Positions 30,778 through 40,313 of a DNA stretch of 64,000 nucleotides are shown one piece after another. The DNA lies in contig CALRLC020000006.1 of assembly GCA_943368425.1 (NCBI GenBank), forward strand, positions 47,893 to 111,892, in the 5' to 3' direction. The first letter of the stretch is position 1. The number at the start of each line of letters is the position of its first letter. This DNA is from Brevundimonas vancanneytii. Lineage in GTDB: Bacteria > Bacteroidota > Bacteroidia > Chitinophagales > Chitinophagaceae. The position numbers and the translations under genes were made by a program. The notes beneath the pieces are model-generated. The model had not been told where the DNA came from. It was given only the letters and a program-made list of their open reading frames with translations, and did no database searches.

Positions 30778-30894
30778 CCGGGGAAGAGGTCACAAATGTA
30801 GGGTTTTGACGCCTAAAGACTTACATTTGCAACCATTCTAACGATCAATTTGCCATTGAAAATAGAGCAATCTCAACGTATTTGGGTTAAATAT

Positions 30895-30969
30895 ATGTTA
30901 GGATTGCCGGCAGCGCTTGCATGTGGCCGAATCTCCGGACTTGAACATGCCTTGCTGACACTTCAATAA
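30895..30969 (+). other. Putative Leu-rich upstream ORF in the leuS leader
   Basis: MLGLPAALACGRISGLEHALLTLQ* has 7 Leu in 24 codons and lies downstream of TACATTTG (30822-30829). Confidence 0.3.
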
Positions 30970-31009
30970 CGATCAAACAGCATAAAAATTATAAGTAGAC
31001 GTATAACTT

Positions 31010-33826
31010 ATGGAATACAATTTCAGGGACATTGAAAAGAAATGGCAGAAAGAATGGACTGATACCCATGCCTATCAGGTAAAGAATGACAGCACTAAGC
31101 CTAAATATTATGTGCTGGATATGTTCCCTTATCCGAGTGGAGCTGGATTGCATGTTGGGCATCCGCTAGGTTATATTGCTTCGGATATCGTAAGCCGTTT
31201 CAAAAGGCTCAAAGGTTTCAATGTATTACACCCTATGGGTTATGATGCGTTTGGCTTACCTGCTGAACAATATGCATTGGAGCATGGTGTACATCCTGCA
31301 AAAAGTACCGCCCAGAATATTGATAATTTCAGAAAGCAGTTAGACAATATCGGATTCAGTTATGATTGGAATCGTGAAGTACGAACCTGTGATGCTGATT
31401 ACTATAAATGGACCCAATGGATATTCCTTCAACTCTTCAATAGTTTCTACGATCGTCACCAACAAAAAGCTGTGGCGATTAGTGAACTGATCAACTCTTT
31501 TGAGCAAGAAGGAAACACAAAACATATTTGTCCGGGTAACCCTACGCTGGAATTTACTGCTGAAGCATGGAAAGCTTTTTCTGAAAAGGAACAGCAAGAT
31601 ATTCTGATGGATTATCGTCTTGCTTTTTGTGGTTATGGTGAAGTGAACTGGTGTGAGGCCTTGGGAACTGTATTGGCCAATGATGAAGTAGTGAATGGTG
31701 TGAGTGAACGTGGCGGGCATCCTGTTGTAAAAAAGAAATTGCGTCAGTGGTATTTACGTATCACTGAATATGCTGATCGTTTGTTAAGCGGACTTGATAC
31801 CATCGAGTTCAGCGAAGCGATGAAAGAAATGCAGACGAATTGGATCGGTAAATCTTCGGGAGCGGAGATTAGCTTCAAGCTTCAGGCTGCAAGCCACAAG
31901 CAAGAGCAATCAAGCTTGCAGCTTGAAGCTAGCAGCTTGGAGCTCCTCGTCTACACTACCCGTCCCGATACCATTTTCGGTGTAGACTTTATGGTGGTGG
32001 CGCCGGAGCATGAATTGATCGAAAAAATTACAACAGCTGAGCAGAAAGAAGCTGTAGAGGCATATATCACTTATGTAAAAAGCAGGAGCGATAGAGAGCG
32101 TCAGGCCGAGAAAAAAAATACGGGATGTTTTACAGGAGCTTATGCCATCAATCCTTTTGATGGAAGAGAGATTCCGGTATGGATATCAGAATATGTACTC
32201 GCAGGTTATGGAACGGGAGCTATCATGGCCGTTCCTTGTGGCGATGAAAGGGATTTCAAATTTGCTAAGCATTTCAATATTCCTGTCACCAATATCATAG
32301 GTGATGCATTTGATGGAACAGATGCCAATCCAACCAAAGATGCAGTGCTGAGCAATAGCGGATTTTTGAATGGCATGAAAATGCGCAATGCCATTGAAGT
32401 GGTGATTGAGAAGTTAGAAGCCATGGGTATCGGCAAACGCAAAGTGAATTACAAAATGCGTGATGCGGCTTTCAGTCGCCAGCGTTATTGGGGTGAACCA
32501 TTTCCGATCGTTTGGCAGGATGGTATTGCGTATCCATTGGATGAGAAAGAATTACCACTCTTATTACCCGATGTAGAGAGTTATGGTCCGGGGCCGGATG
32601 GAGAAGGGCCACTAGCCAATTTGAGTGATTGGAAGAGCACAACTTACAATGGTAAACCCGCAGTGCGTGAAACCAATACCATGCCCGGTTATGCAGGTAG
32701 CAGTTGGTATTTCCTGCGTTATATGGATCCTAACAATGAACAGGCATTTTGCGATAAGAAGGTCAGTGATTATTGGAATCAGGTAGATCTGTATATCGGT
32801 GGAACAGAACATGCGGTTGGACATTTATTGTACAGCCGTATGTGGACCAAAGCCTTGTATGACTTAGGTTATATAGGATTTGATGAACCGTTTAGGAAAT
32901 TGTTGAATCAGGGGATGATACAAGGGAGTAGTAGGTTTGTGTATCGAAAAAAAGGGACGCAGACTTTTGTTTCCTCAAACCTAAAGCAAGATATAGAAGT
33001 AGATGAGTTACACGTTGATGTCAACATTGTGGATGGTGTTGAATTAGATATTGACGCTTTCAAGAAATGGCGCAATGGTGAATATGCCAATGCTGAATTT
33101 ATTTTAGAAGATGGCAAATACATCTGCGGCGTTGAAGTCGAAAAAATGTCCAAATCCAAATTCAACACTGTAAATCCGGATACATTGGTGGAGAAGTTTG
33201 GTGCCGATACTTTCCGCATGTACGAAATGTTCCTCGGTCCTGTTGATCAAAGCAAACCATGGGATACCAAGGGTATTGAAGGGGTACATCGTTTCCTGAA
33301 AAAATTATGGCGTTTATTTTTTGATGAGAACAAAGGAAAGATCTGGACGGATGAACAACCCACTGCGGAAGAATTGAAAGTATTACATCGCACCATCAAA
33401 AAAATTGATGACGATACAGAACGTTATAGTTTCAATACAGCTGTGAGCAGCTTTATGATTTGTGTGAATGAATTGAGTGATCTGAAGTGTCATAAAAAAC
33501 AAATCCTTCAGGATGTATTGATTCTCTTGACTCCCTATGCGCCACATATTGCAGCGGAACTCTGGAAGCAATTGGGTAATGAAGGATCTGTACTGGATGC
33601 AAGCTTCCCGACATTCAATGCTGCGTATGTTACTGAGACAAGCAAAGAATATCCCATCAGTATCAATGGTAAAACACGTACCAATATTTCCATTGCATTG
33701 GATGCTACGGAAGATCAGGTAAAAGAGATCGTTCTCTCCAATGAGTTAGTACAAAAATGGATGGAAGGAAAGCCTTTGAAGAAACTCATCTTCGTAAAAG
33801 GAAAAATGATCAATGTAGTCATATAA
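31010..33826 (+). CDS. leuS: Leucyl-tRNA synthetase
   Basis: MFPYPSGAGLHVGH, TTRPDT editing motif and KMSKS. Confidence 0.98.
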   Translation: MEYNFRDIEKKWQKEWTDTHAYQVKNDSTKPKYYVLDMFPYPSGAGLHVGHPLGYIASDIVSRFKRLKGFNVLHPMGYDAFGLPAEQYALEHGVHPAKSTAQNIDNFRKQLDNIGFSYDWNREVRTCDADYYKWTQWIFLQLFNSFYDRHQQKAVAISELINSFEQEGNTKHICPGNPTLEFTAEAWKAFSEKEQQDILMDYRLAFCGYGEVNWCEALGTVLANDEVVNGVSERGGHPVVKKKLRQWYLRITEYADRLLSGLDTIEFSEAMKEMQTNWIGKSSGAEISFKLQAASHKQEQSSLQLEASSLELLVYTTRPDTIFGVDFMVVAPEHELIEKITTAEQKEAVEAYITYVKSRSDRERQAEKKNTGCFTGAYAINPFDGREIPVWISEYVLAGYGTGAIMAVPCGDERDFKFAKHFNIPVTNIIGDAFDGTDANPTKDAVLSNSGFLNGMKMRNAIEVVIEKLEAMGIGKRKVNYKMRDAAFSRQRYWGEPFPIVWQDGIAYPLDEKELPLLLPDVESYGPGPDGEGPLANLSDWKSTTYNGKPAVRETNTMPGYAGSSWYFLRYMDPNNEQAFCDKKVSDYWNQVDLYIGGTEHAVGHLLYSRMWTKALYDLGYIGFDEPFRKLLNQGMIQGSSRFVYRKKGTQTFVSSNLKQDIEVDELHVDVNIVDGVELDIDAFKKWRNGEYANAEFILEDGKYICGVEVEKMSKSKFNTVNPDTLVEKFGADTFRMYEMFLGPVDQSKPWDTKGIEGVHRFLKKLWRLFFDENKGKIWTDEQPTAEELKVLHRTIKKIDDDTERYSFNTAVSSFMICVNELSDLKCHKKQILQDVLILLTPYAPHIAAELWKQLGNEGSVLDASFPTFNAAYVTETSKEYPISINGKTRTNISIALDATEDQVKEIVLSNELVQKWMEGKPLKKLIFVKGKMINVVI
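31871..31944. repeat. AAGCTRC-family inverted-arm element lying in frame inside leuS
   Basis: aagcttc-aggctgc-aagccac-aagc ... gcttgca-gcttgaa-gctagca-gcttg; encodes SFKLQAASHKQEQSSLQLEASSLEL. Confidence 0.8.
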
Positions 33827-33894
33827 TTTCAGTGCTCTTCTGTGTATTCAGTGGCAATAAATAATGCCACTGAACACACAGAGAAACAGAGAAA
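33827..33894. repeat. Nonamer-period inverted repeat (cagtggca/tgccactg family) between convergent leuS and the SbtA-like gene
   Basis: tttcagtgctcttctgtgtattcagtggca-ataaataa-tgccactgaacacacagagaaacagagaaa. Confidence 0.75.
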
Positions 33895-33899
33895 AGTAT

Positions 33900-34856
33900 T
33901 TATACAATCACACAATAATACAAAGGCATCCCAACTGTAATATTGATGGGGAAAGTAACTGCCAATGTCATCGGTAAGAATAATCCCGGATTGGCTTGTG
34001 GTGCTGCTATTTTCATAGCAGCGGGTACAGCGATATAGGAAGCACTCGCCGCAAGAATTGCCAGCACAAATCGATTTGATACATCAGGTGTTACAAACTG
34101 GCTCAACCATGCTGCTGCAATACCATTGAACAGCGGAACGCAAATTGCGAATGCAAATGGGAACCAACCAAATCCAAACAGTGATTTTAATTTCCTTCCG
34201 CTGGTAATACCCATATCCAATAAAAAGATGGCCAGAAAACCTTTGAATAGGTCATTGGTAAAAGGCTTGATATCTTCTGCCTGTTTATTGTTGGCCAGAA
34301 AACCAATGATCAAACTTCCCAGGATCAACAATACGCTACCATTGGTAATGGCATGCTTGGCAACGGATCTTTTTGAAAACTCATTCGATTCGGTAGTAGA
34401 GAAAAATGAAATCAGTAAAAGTCCAATGATGATCGCTGGTGATTCCATGAGAGCCATCACGGCAACCATGTATCCGTGTAAATGCAATTGTTGCTGTTCA
34501 AGATAGGAAGTAGCGGTTACAAAAGTTACGGCACTTACAGACCCATAAGCAGCAGCAATAGCACCTGCATCAAACACATTGAATTTCTTTTTCAGGATGA
34601 AAAAAGTATACAATGGAATGATCAACGAAATAGCGATTCCAGATAACATCAGCCAAATGATCTCACTCGTAAGTACTTCATGAGAGAGTTCTTGTCCACC
34701 CCTGAACCCAATGGCAAATAGCAGGTACAGTGAAATGAACTTGGAGGAGTTCGGTGGAATTTCAAGATCGCTCTTCAGCAGTACTGCTACAATACCAAGA
34801 ACAAAAAATAAAAGTGCAGGGTTGGTTAAATTTTCAAGTAAAAGATCAAAATTCAT
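33900..34856 (-). CDS. SbtA-like sodium-dependent bicarbonate transporter family permease (DUF897/Sbt_1)
   Basis: KSDLEIP...SKFISLYLLFAIGFRGG, AAAYGSVSAVTF, MESPAII, SASYIAVPAA and FPINITVGMPLY motifs. Confidence 0.88.
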   Translation of the reverse strand: MNFDLLLENLTNPALLFFVLGIVAVLLKSDLEIPPNSSKFISLYLLFAIGFRGGQELSHEVLTSEIIWLMLSGIAISLIIPLYTFFILKKKFNVFDAGAIAAAYGSVSAVTFVTATSYLEQQQLHLHGYMVAVMALMESPAIIIGLLLISFFSTTESNEFSKRSVAKHAITNGSVLLILGSLIIGFLANNKQAEDIKPFTNDLFKGFLAIFLLDMGITSGRKLKSLFGFGWFPFAFAICVPLFNGIAAAWLSQFVTPDVSNRFVLAILAASASYIAVPAAMKIAAPQANPGLFLPMTLAVTFPINITVGMPLYYCVIV

Positions 34857-34907
34857 GAACGTATCTGGATAAATGAAAAAAAGGAATGTATAGGTAGTTC
34901 TGATCAC

Positions 34908-35237
34908 TTATTGTAATTCACCTATAAAACCAATTTCAACAGCAGAACTGATCTTGATCATCTGGTTGCTCTTTTCCGCCTCTCTAATAGCTTCAGTTAC
35001 TTTTTGTAAGCTGATACGTAAAGATTCAATACGAGCCAAAGAAGCACTGTGAGGACGACCATAACGCTCCTGATGGCTGAAATTTTTCATGTTATGGAAG
35101 TTGATCTTGCTATTGTACAGATTGGTCAGAATTTCTTTAGCCTCCTCTGTAGAGAATACCCCGTCTATCAGATTGATAGTGCGAATGGGATGCTGTGTCT
35201 TAGAAGTGGGTGCTGTTGTCAGAGTTTTTGTATCCAT
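34908..35237 (-). CDS. Hypothetical 109-aa protein upstream of the SbtA-like gene
   Basis: ATG start, helical amphipathic sequence (INLIDGVFSTEEAKEILTNLYNSKINFH), co-oriented with the transporter gene. Confidence 0.65.
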   Translation of the reverse strand: MDTKTLTTAPTSKTQHPIRTINLIDGVFSTEEAKEILTNLYNSKINFHNMKNFSHQERYGRPHSASLARIESLRISLQKVTEAIREAEKSNQMIKISSAVEIGFIGELQ

Positions 35238-35295
35238 GGATTTAATTTGACCGCAAAGTTGTGTGAAAGAAGTTATAAGTATTTATATATCTTTA

Positions 35296-35310
35296 TTATG
35301 TTAATCATAA
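35296..35310. promoter_or_regulatory. Putative LysR operator (T-N11-A inverted repeat)
   Basis: TTATG-ttaat-CATAA in the divergent intergenic region; a second ATAAgtatTTAT lies nearby. Confidence 0.5.
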
Positions 35311-35319
35311 ATAATTTTT

Positions 35320-36240
35320 ATGAACTATACTTTGAACCAATTGGAAATATTCTTATCAGTCGTTAAAAACAAGAGTGTATCAAAGGCTGCGGAAGAGCTA
35401 TTTCTGACACAACCGGCGGTATCTATTCAGTTAAAAAATTTCCAGCAACAATTTGATCTGCCACTTACTGAAATGATCGGTCGAACCTTGTATATCACTG
35501 ATTTTGGCAAAGAGATAGCGGCATCAGCTCAGGAGATCATGTATCAGGTGATGGCGATCCAACATAAAATGCATGCTTATCAGGGGCAGCTGACAGGCCG
35601 ACTTAAAATATCGGTTGTATCAACCGGGAAATATGTCATGCCCTATTTTCTTTCTTCCTTCATGCGGGAAAACCAGGGTGTAACATTGGAAATGGATGTA
35701 ACGAATAAGAGTGCCGTGGTACAAAGCTTGCAAAACAATGAAGTAGATTTTGCATTGGTATCGATTCTTCCTGAAAAATTAGCAATAGAAAAAGTGGATC
35801 TATTGCAGAATAAACTTTTTCTGATAGGTAAATCAGGGCAGAAAATAAAAAACCTGCATTCAAAAGAAATTTTCGATCAATTACCATTGATTTTCCGGGA
35901 GTCCGGTTCAGGTACAAGACAAACCATGGAAAGTTTCATTCAGCGTAAACGAATCAAAGTGGCAAAAAAAATGGAGTTGACTTCTAATGAAGCTGTGAAG
36001 CAGGCTGTTTTGGCAGGGTTAGGATTTTCAATTATGCCATTGATCGGTATTCGCAATGAATTACGTAACCAAGAATTACAAATTATCCCTATTCCTGGAT
36101 TACCTATCAAAACAACTTGGAGTTTGATCTGGTTGAAGGGGAAAAAACATGCAGCTGTTGCTGCTGAACTCTTGAAATACATCAAAAAAGAAAAGTCGAA
36201 GATCGTACATGAGCAGTTTGATTGGTATGAGAAGTACTAA
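35320..36240 (+). CDS. LysR-family regulator (CbbR/CmpR-like)
   Basis: TLNQLEIF...AAEELFLTQPAVSIQLK HTH; FRESGSGTRQ and SNEAVKQAVLAGLG motifs. Confidence 0.9.
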   Translation: MNYTLNQLEIFLSVVKNKSVSKAAEELFLTQPAVSIQLKNFQQQFDLPLTEMIGRTLYITDFGKEIAASAQEIMYQVMAIQHKMHAYQGQLTGRLKISVVSTGKYVMPYFLSSFMRENQGVTLEMDVTNKSAVVQSLQNNEVDFALVSILPEKLAIEKVDLLQNKLFLIGKSGQKIKNLHSKEIFDQLPLIFRESGSGTRQTMESFIQRKRIKVAKKMELTSNEAVKQAVLAGLGFSIMPLIGIRNELRNQELQIIPIPGLPIKTTWSLIWLKGKKHAAVAAELLKYIKKEKSKIVHEQFDWYEKY

Positions 36241-36372
36241 TAAACCCTTGGTATATTAAGTCTTTTATAAAATTTTGAGGAATCCCACCCCTTTTTTTCT
36301 ACCACTCTTCCCAACCCCCTTGTAAAATAGTGGGGCTTATGTTTATCTTACCACTCCAAAACTTATTGTCCA

Positions 36373-39300
36373 ATGAAACTCATTTTTTCATTTTTAATGT
36401 CTTGCTTGTCTCTTACAGTTATAGCACAGGGCGGACAAGCTTATTTTTTATCCAATCCTGCTTTGAGTCCGGATGGTGAAACAGTGGTCTTTGCTTTTGA
36501 AGGAGATCTGTGGAAGGCTTCCGTCAAAGATGGTCAAGCCACAAGATTGACAGCAATGCAAGGTTATGAATCAAGCCCACGTATTTCACCTGATGGTAAA
36601 TGGGTAGCATTTAGTAGCAGACAACTGGGTAATGCAGATGTATATGTAATGCCATTGACGGGTGGAGAAATCAAAAGACTTACTTATCACAGTGCCAATG
36701 ATGAGGTAAATAACTGGAGTTGGGATAGTAAGAAGATCTATTTCACGTCCAATCGTATGGGACAGCAATCTGGTTTTATGGTGGCACTTACAGGAGGTAC
36801 TGCTCAGCGCTTGTTTGGGGATCATTTTTATTTATTAGATCATGGGATTGCTGAACATCCCTCCGGTGATATTTATTTCAATGATACCTGGGAAAGTTCT
36901 AATCAATTAACACGTAAACGTTACAAAGGTCCTTTCAATCCGGATATCCAATCGTACAACCCTGCTACCAAGCAGTACAAAAAACATACAGATTGGGAAG
37001 GAAAGGATTTTGGTACAACCATTGATCGTTCAGGTAAAGTTTATTTTATTTCAGATGAAGCCAATGGAGAGTATAACCTCTATACAATAGATGGAGGAAA
37101 GAAAACAGCATTAACAAGATTCAATACATCTATTAAAACACCACTTGTAAATGCCAATGGTAACAAGATTGTATTTGAAAAAGATTATCAGCTATGGCTA
37201 TATGACGTTAGTGCTAAGAAAGCCGAAAAATTAAACATCAATCTGGTTCGTAACTATGTTTTACCTGTTGATAAGGATTATAATGTTCGAGGTAATATCA
37301 CCAATTTAGATGTGTCACCTGATGGTAAAAAGATCGCGTTTACATCTCGTGGTGAAATTTTCGTAAGTGATGTAGATGGCAAATTTGTTCAACAGATCAA
37401 TAAAGGAAATACAGAACGTGCGAGAGAGGTAAAATGGATGAGTGATAATAAAACATTGCTATTCAATCAAACTGTTGACGGCTGGCTGAATTGGTTTACA
37501 GTAGCTGCAGATGGTAGTGCTTCTGTAAAACCAATTACGAATGAAACAAGAAATAATCGTTCTGGTGTATTGAATAAGAACAGAACTAAAATGGTATATC
37601 TGAGTGGTCGTGATGAAGTGAGATTATTGGATCTCAAAACTTGGGAAAATAAAACCATCGTGAAAGATGAGATCTGGGCTTTTCAAAACTCAGATCCCGG
37701 ATTTTCGCCCAATGATGAATATGTTTTGTTTACAGCGATCCGAAATTTTGAGCAGGATGTATTTGTATACAATATCAAAGAAAATAAAACCATCAATCTT
37801 ACCAATACAGGTGTAACAGAAGCAGGACCTGTATGGGGACCTGACGGAAAACATATCTATTTCATTTCTGCAAGAACAAAACCTTCTTATCCATTTGGAA
37901 TGCAAGACCCACGTATCTATCGCATGCCATTGGAAAAGATCGACGCACCTTATCGAAGTGATAAATATGAAGCCTTGTTCAAAACAGAAAAGAAAGATAC
38001 TTCTAAAAAAGAACCGGCTCCTATTAAAATCGATATGTCAGGTATCATGGGCAGACTGGAACAGGTAGGGCCAAATTTTGGTTCTCAATTTTTAGTGAAT
38101 GTTTTACAGAAAGGAGATAAAACCACTATTCTCTATGTAAGTAACCATGATGAAGGTAGGCCTGCTCTTTGGAAAACAGTATTAGAACCTTTTGAAGCAC
38201 CAAAAACAGAAAAGATCAATGGTGCTGATGCATTCAGTGTTGATTATGCGGAGGGCGGTGATAAGACCATGGCATTGATCAATGGTTCGATCTATAAGTT
38301 GAACATAGATGGAAATAAAGCAGATCCTGTAAACATCGTCTACACATTCAGAAGAAGTTTATCAGGTGAGTTCACACAGATGTTCAAGGAGGCCTGGGCA
38401 CATCTGAATGAGAATTTTTATGATGAAAAATTTCATGGAATTGATTGGTTGGCTACACGTAAGCGTTATGAGGCTTTCGTTCCACATGTGAATACAAGAG
38501 GAGACCTCCGAGCATTATTGGCAGATATGTTGGGAGAATTGAATTCCTCACATTTAGGGTTTAACTCATTTGGAGAGGAAGAAAATGTTCAGCTATCCAA
38601 TCGTACAATGGAAACAGGGATCATTTTTGAAAATAGTAATCCATACAAGATAAAATACATAGCAGCAAGAAGTAATGCAGACAAAGCAACTGTGGATGTA
38701 CAGGCTGGTGATGTATTAGTAAAAGTGAATGATGAAACGGTAGATCCATCTATGGATAGAAGCTACTATTTCAGTAAGCCTTCATTGGATGGAGAGATCG
38801 CACTCACTTTTAATCGAAATGGTCAGATGGTTACTACGAAAATTCATCCGCAAGCTTCATTGTTTGTGAATTTATCGGAAGAGTGGAGTGATATCAATCA
38901 GAAAAGAGTGGATGAGAAAAGCAAGAAACGTATTGCTTATCACAATATGAAAGATATGGGAGGTGGGGAGCTTGAAAAATTCCTGATCGATATGACACAG
39001 GATTTTTATCAGAAAGATGCATTGATCTTGGATTTACGTTACAATACAGGTGGTAATGTGCATGATGAAGTTTTGAAATTTCTGAGTCAGCGTTCTTATC
39101 TACAATGGAAATATCGTGAAGGCAAACTGACGCCTCAATCCAATTTCGCACCGGCTGATAAGCCAATTATTTTATTGATCAACGAGCAATCGCTGAGTGA
39201 TGCTGAGATGACAGCTCAAGGTTTTAAAGCTTTGAAATTGGGAACTATCATTGGAATGCCAACTTATCGCTGGATCATCTTCACCAGTGGAACAGGATTG

Positions 39301-39483
39301 GTGGACGGATCATTTGTGCGTTTGCCTAGTTGGGGTTGTTATAGTTTGGATGGGAAGGACTTAGAGATCACAGGAGTAGAACCGGATATCAAGATCCCAA
39401 TGAATTTCGAAGATCGCATCAATGGTCGTGATCCACAGTTGGATCGTGCTATTGAAGAGATTTTGAAGAAGTTGAAGAACTAG
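36373..39483 (+). CDS. Tricorn-like S41 protease (secreted; beta-propellers, PDZ and catalytic domain)
   Basis: PD40 repeats (SPDG); LGELNSSH; DLRYNTGG; catalytic SLSDAE; IGMPTYRW; GVEPDI. Confidence 0.88.
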   Translation: MKLIFSFLMSCLSLTVIAQGGQAYFLSNPALSPDGETVVFAFEGDLWKASVKDGQATRLTAMQGYESSPRISPDGKWVAFSSRQLGNADVYVMPLTGGEIKRLTYHSANDEVNNWSWDSKKIYFTSNRMGQQSGFMVALTGGTAQRLFGDHFYLLDHGIAEHPSGDIYFNDTWESSNQLTRKRYKGPFNPDIQSYNPATKQYKKHTDWEGKDFGTTIDRSGKVYFISDEANGEYNLYTIDGGKKTALTRFNTSIKTPLVNANGNKIVFEKDYQLWLYDVSAKKAEKLNINLVRNYVLPVDKDYNVRGNITNLDVSPDGKKIAFTSRGEIFVSDVDGKFVQQINKGNTERAREVKWMSDNKTLLFNQTVDGWLNWFTVAADGSASVKPITNETRNNRSGVLNKNRTKMVYLSGRDEVRLLDLKTWENKTIVKDEIWAFQNSDPGFSPNDEYVLFTAIRNFEQDVFVYNIKENKTINLTNTGVTEAGPVWGPDGKHIYFISARTKPSYPFGMQDPRIYRMPLEKIDAPYRSDKYEALFKTEKKDTSKKEPAPIKIDMSGIMGRLEQVGPNFGSQFLVNVLQKGDKTTILYVSNHDEGRPALWKTVLEPFEAPKTEKINGADAFSVDYAEGGDKTMALINGSIYKLNIDGNKADPVNIVYTFRRSLSGEFTQMFKEAWAHLNENFYDEKFHGIDWLATRKRYEAFVPHVNTRGDLRALLADMLGELNSSHLGFNSFGEEENVQLSNRTMETGIIFENSNPYKIKYIAARSNADKATVDVQAGDVLVKVNDETVDPSMDRSYYFSKPSLDGEIALTFNRNGQMVTTKIHPQASLFVNLSEEWSDINQKRVDEKSKKRIAYHNMKDMGGGELEKFLIDMTQDFYQKDALILDLRYNTGGNVHDEVLKFLSQRSYLQWKYREGKLTPQSNFAPADKPIILLINEQSLSDAEMTAQGFKALKLGTIIGMPTYRWIIFTSGTGLVDGSFVRLPSWGCYSLDGKDLEITGVEPDIKIPMNFEDRINGRDPQLDRAIEEILKKLKN

Positions 39484-39500
39484 TGTATTGAACTTTTATA

Positions 39501-39548
39501 ATCTGCGAATCTGCGGCTAAAATTCAGCCGCAGATTCGCAGATTTTTT
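39501..39548 (+). terminator. Long hairpin with internal aatctgcg repeats plus a U-tract (terminator/repeat)
   Basis: Perfect 18-bp stem atctgcgaatctgcggct/agccgcagattcgcagat followed by a T-run. Confidence 0.75.
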
Positions 39549-39590
39549 TTTACAAGTAATTCAATGAAACTTTGTAGAAATATTTGATTC

Positions 39591-40241
39591 ATGTTTCATC
39601 CTGTAGTTCCATTTGAAATAGGTGTAGACCAATTACTGACTTTGGATCTGACTGCCAACAACAAAGCAGTTACTGAAACGATGGTCAATGATATTGATCT
39701 TTTTTCAGCTTATATCGATCAATGTTTAATGGACTCGGGCGCTCGTTATGCAGTTGGTGGATACAATGAGCACAGAACGGTATACAGCAGGAGTAGGGTC
39801 TTTGATGATGCGGAAGAACCGCGTCGGCTTCATTTAGGAACAGACATATGGGGACATGCAGGAACGCCTGTATTTGCACCTCTGAATGGTATTGTACACA
39901 GTTTTGGTTTTCACGAAACTTATGGCGATTATGGTGCCGTAATCATTTTGCAACATGAATGGGAGGGAGAGGTGCTACACACTTTGTATGGACACTTATC
40001 CTTTCATGACCTCGATGAATTGTATGAAGGGAAAGCCATTTACAAAGGAGAAGCTATTGCTCATTTTGGAGAACCGCTTGAAAATGGACATTGGCCTCCG
40101 CATCTGCATTTTCAATTAATTAAAGATATGCATGGAAAAGTAGGTGATTATCCGGGTGTCTGTAAATTCAGTGAAAGAGAACAGTATTTGTCTAACTGTC
40201 CGGATCCAAGTATTATTTTAAAAAATACTTTCTATAAATAA
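39591..40241 (+). CDS. M23 family metallopeptidase
   Basis: HLGTD (HxxxD), LYGHL and HLHFQ (HxH) motifs. Confidence 0.85.
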   Translation: MFHPVVPFEIGVDQLLTLDLTANNKAVTETMVNDIDLFSAYIDQCLMDSGARYAVGGYNEHRTVYSRSRVFDDAEEPRRLHLGTDIWGHAGTPVFAPLNGIVHSFGFHETYGDYGAVIILQHEWEGEVLHTLYGHLSFHDLDELYEGKAIYKGEAIAHFGEPLENGHWPPHLHFQLIKDMHGKVGDYPGVCKFSEREQYLSNCPDPSIILKNTFYK

Positions 40242-40246
40242 TCTTA

Positions 40247-40310
40247 TTCAGTGATTTTCAGTGTTCTCTGTGGCACTTTTATTGCCTCTGAAGACACAGG
40301 AAACACAGAA
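40247..40310. repeat. Nonamer-period inverted repeat, second copy, between convergent genes
   Basis: ttcagtgattttcagtgttctctgtggca-cttttat-tgcctctgaagacacaggaaacacagaa. Confidence 0.7.
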
Positions 40311-40313
40311 GTG

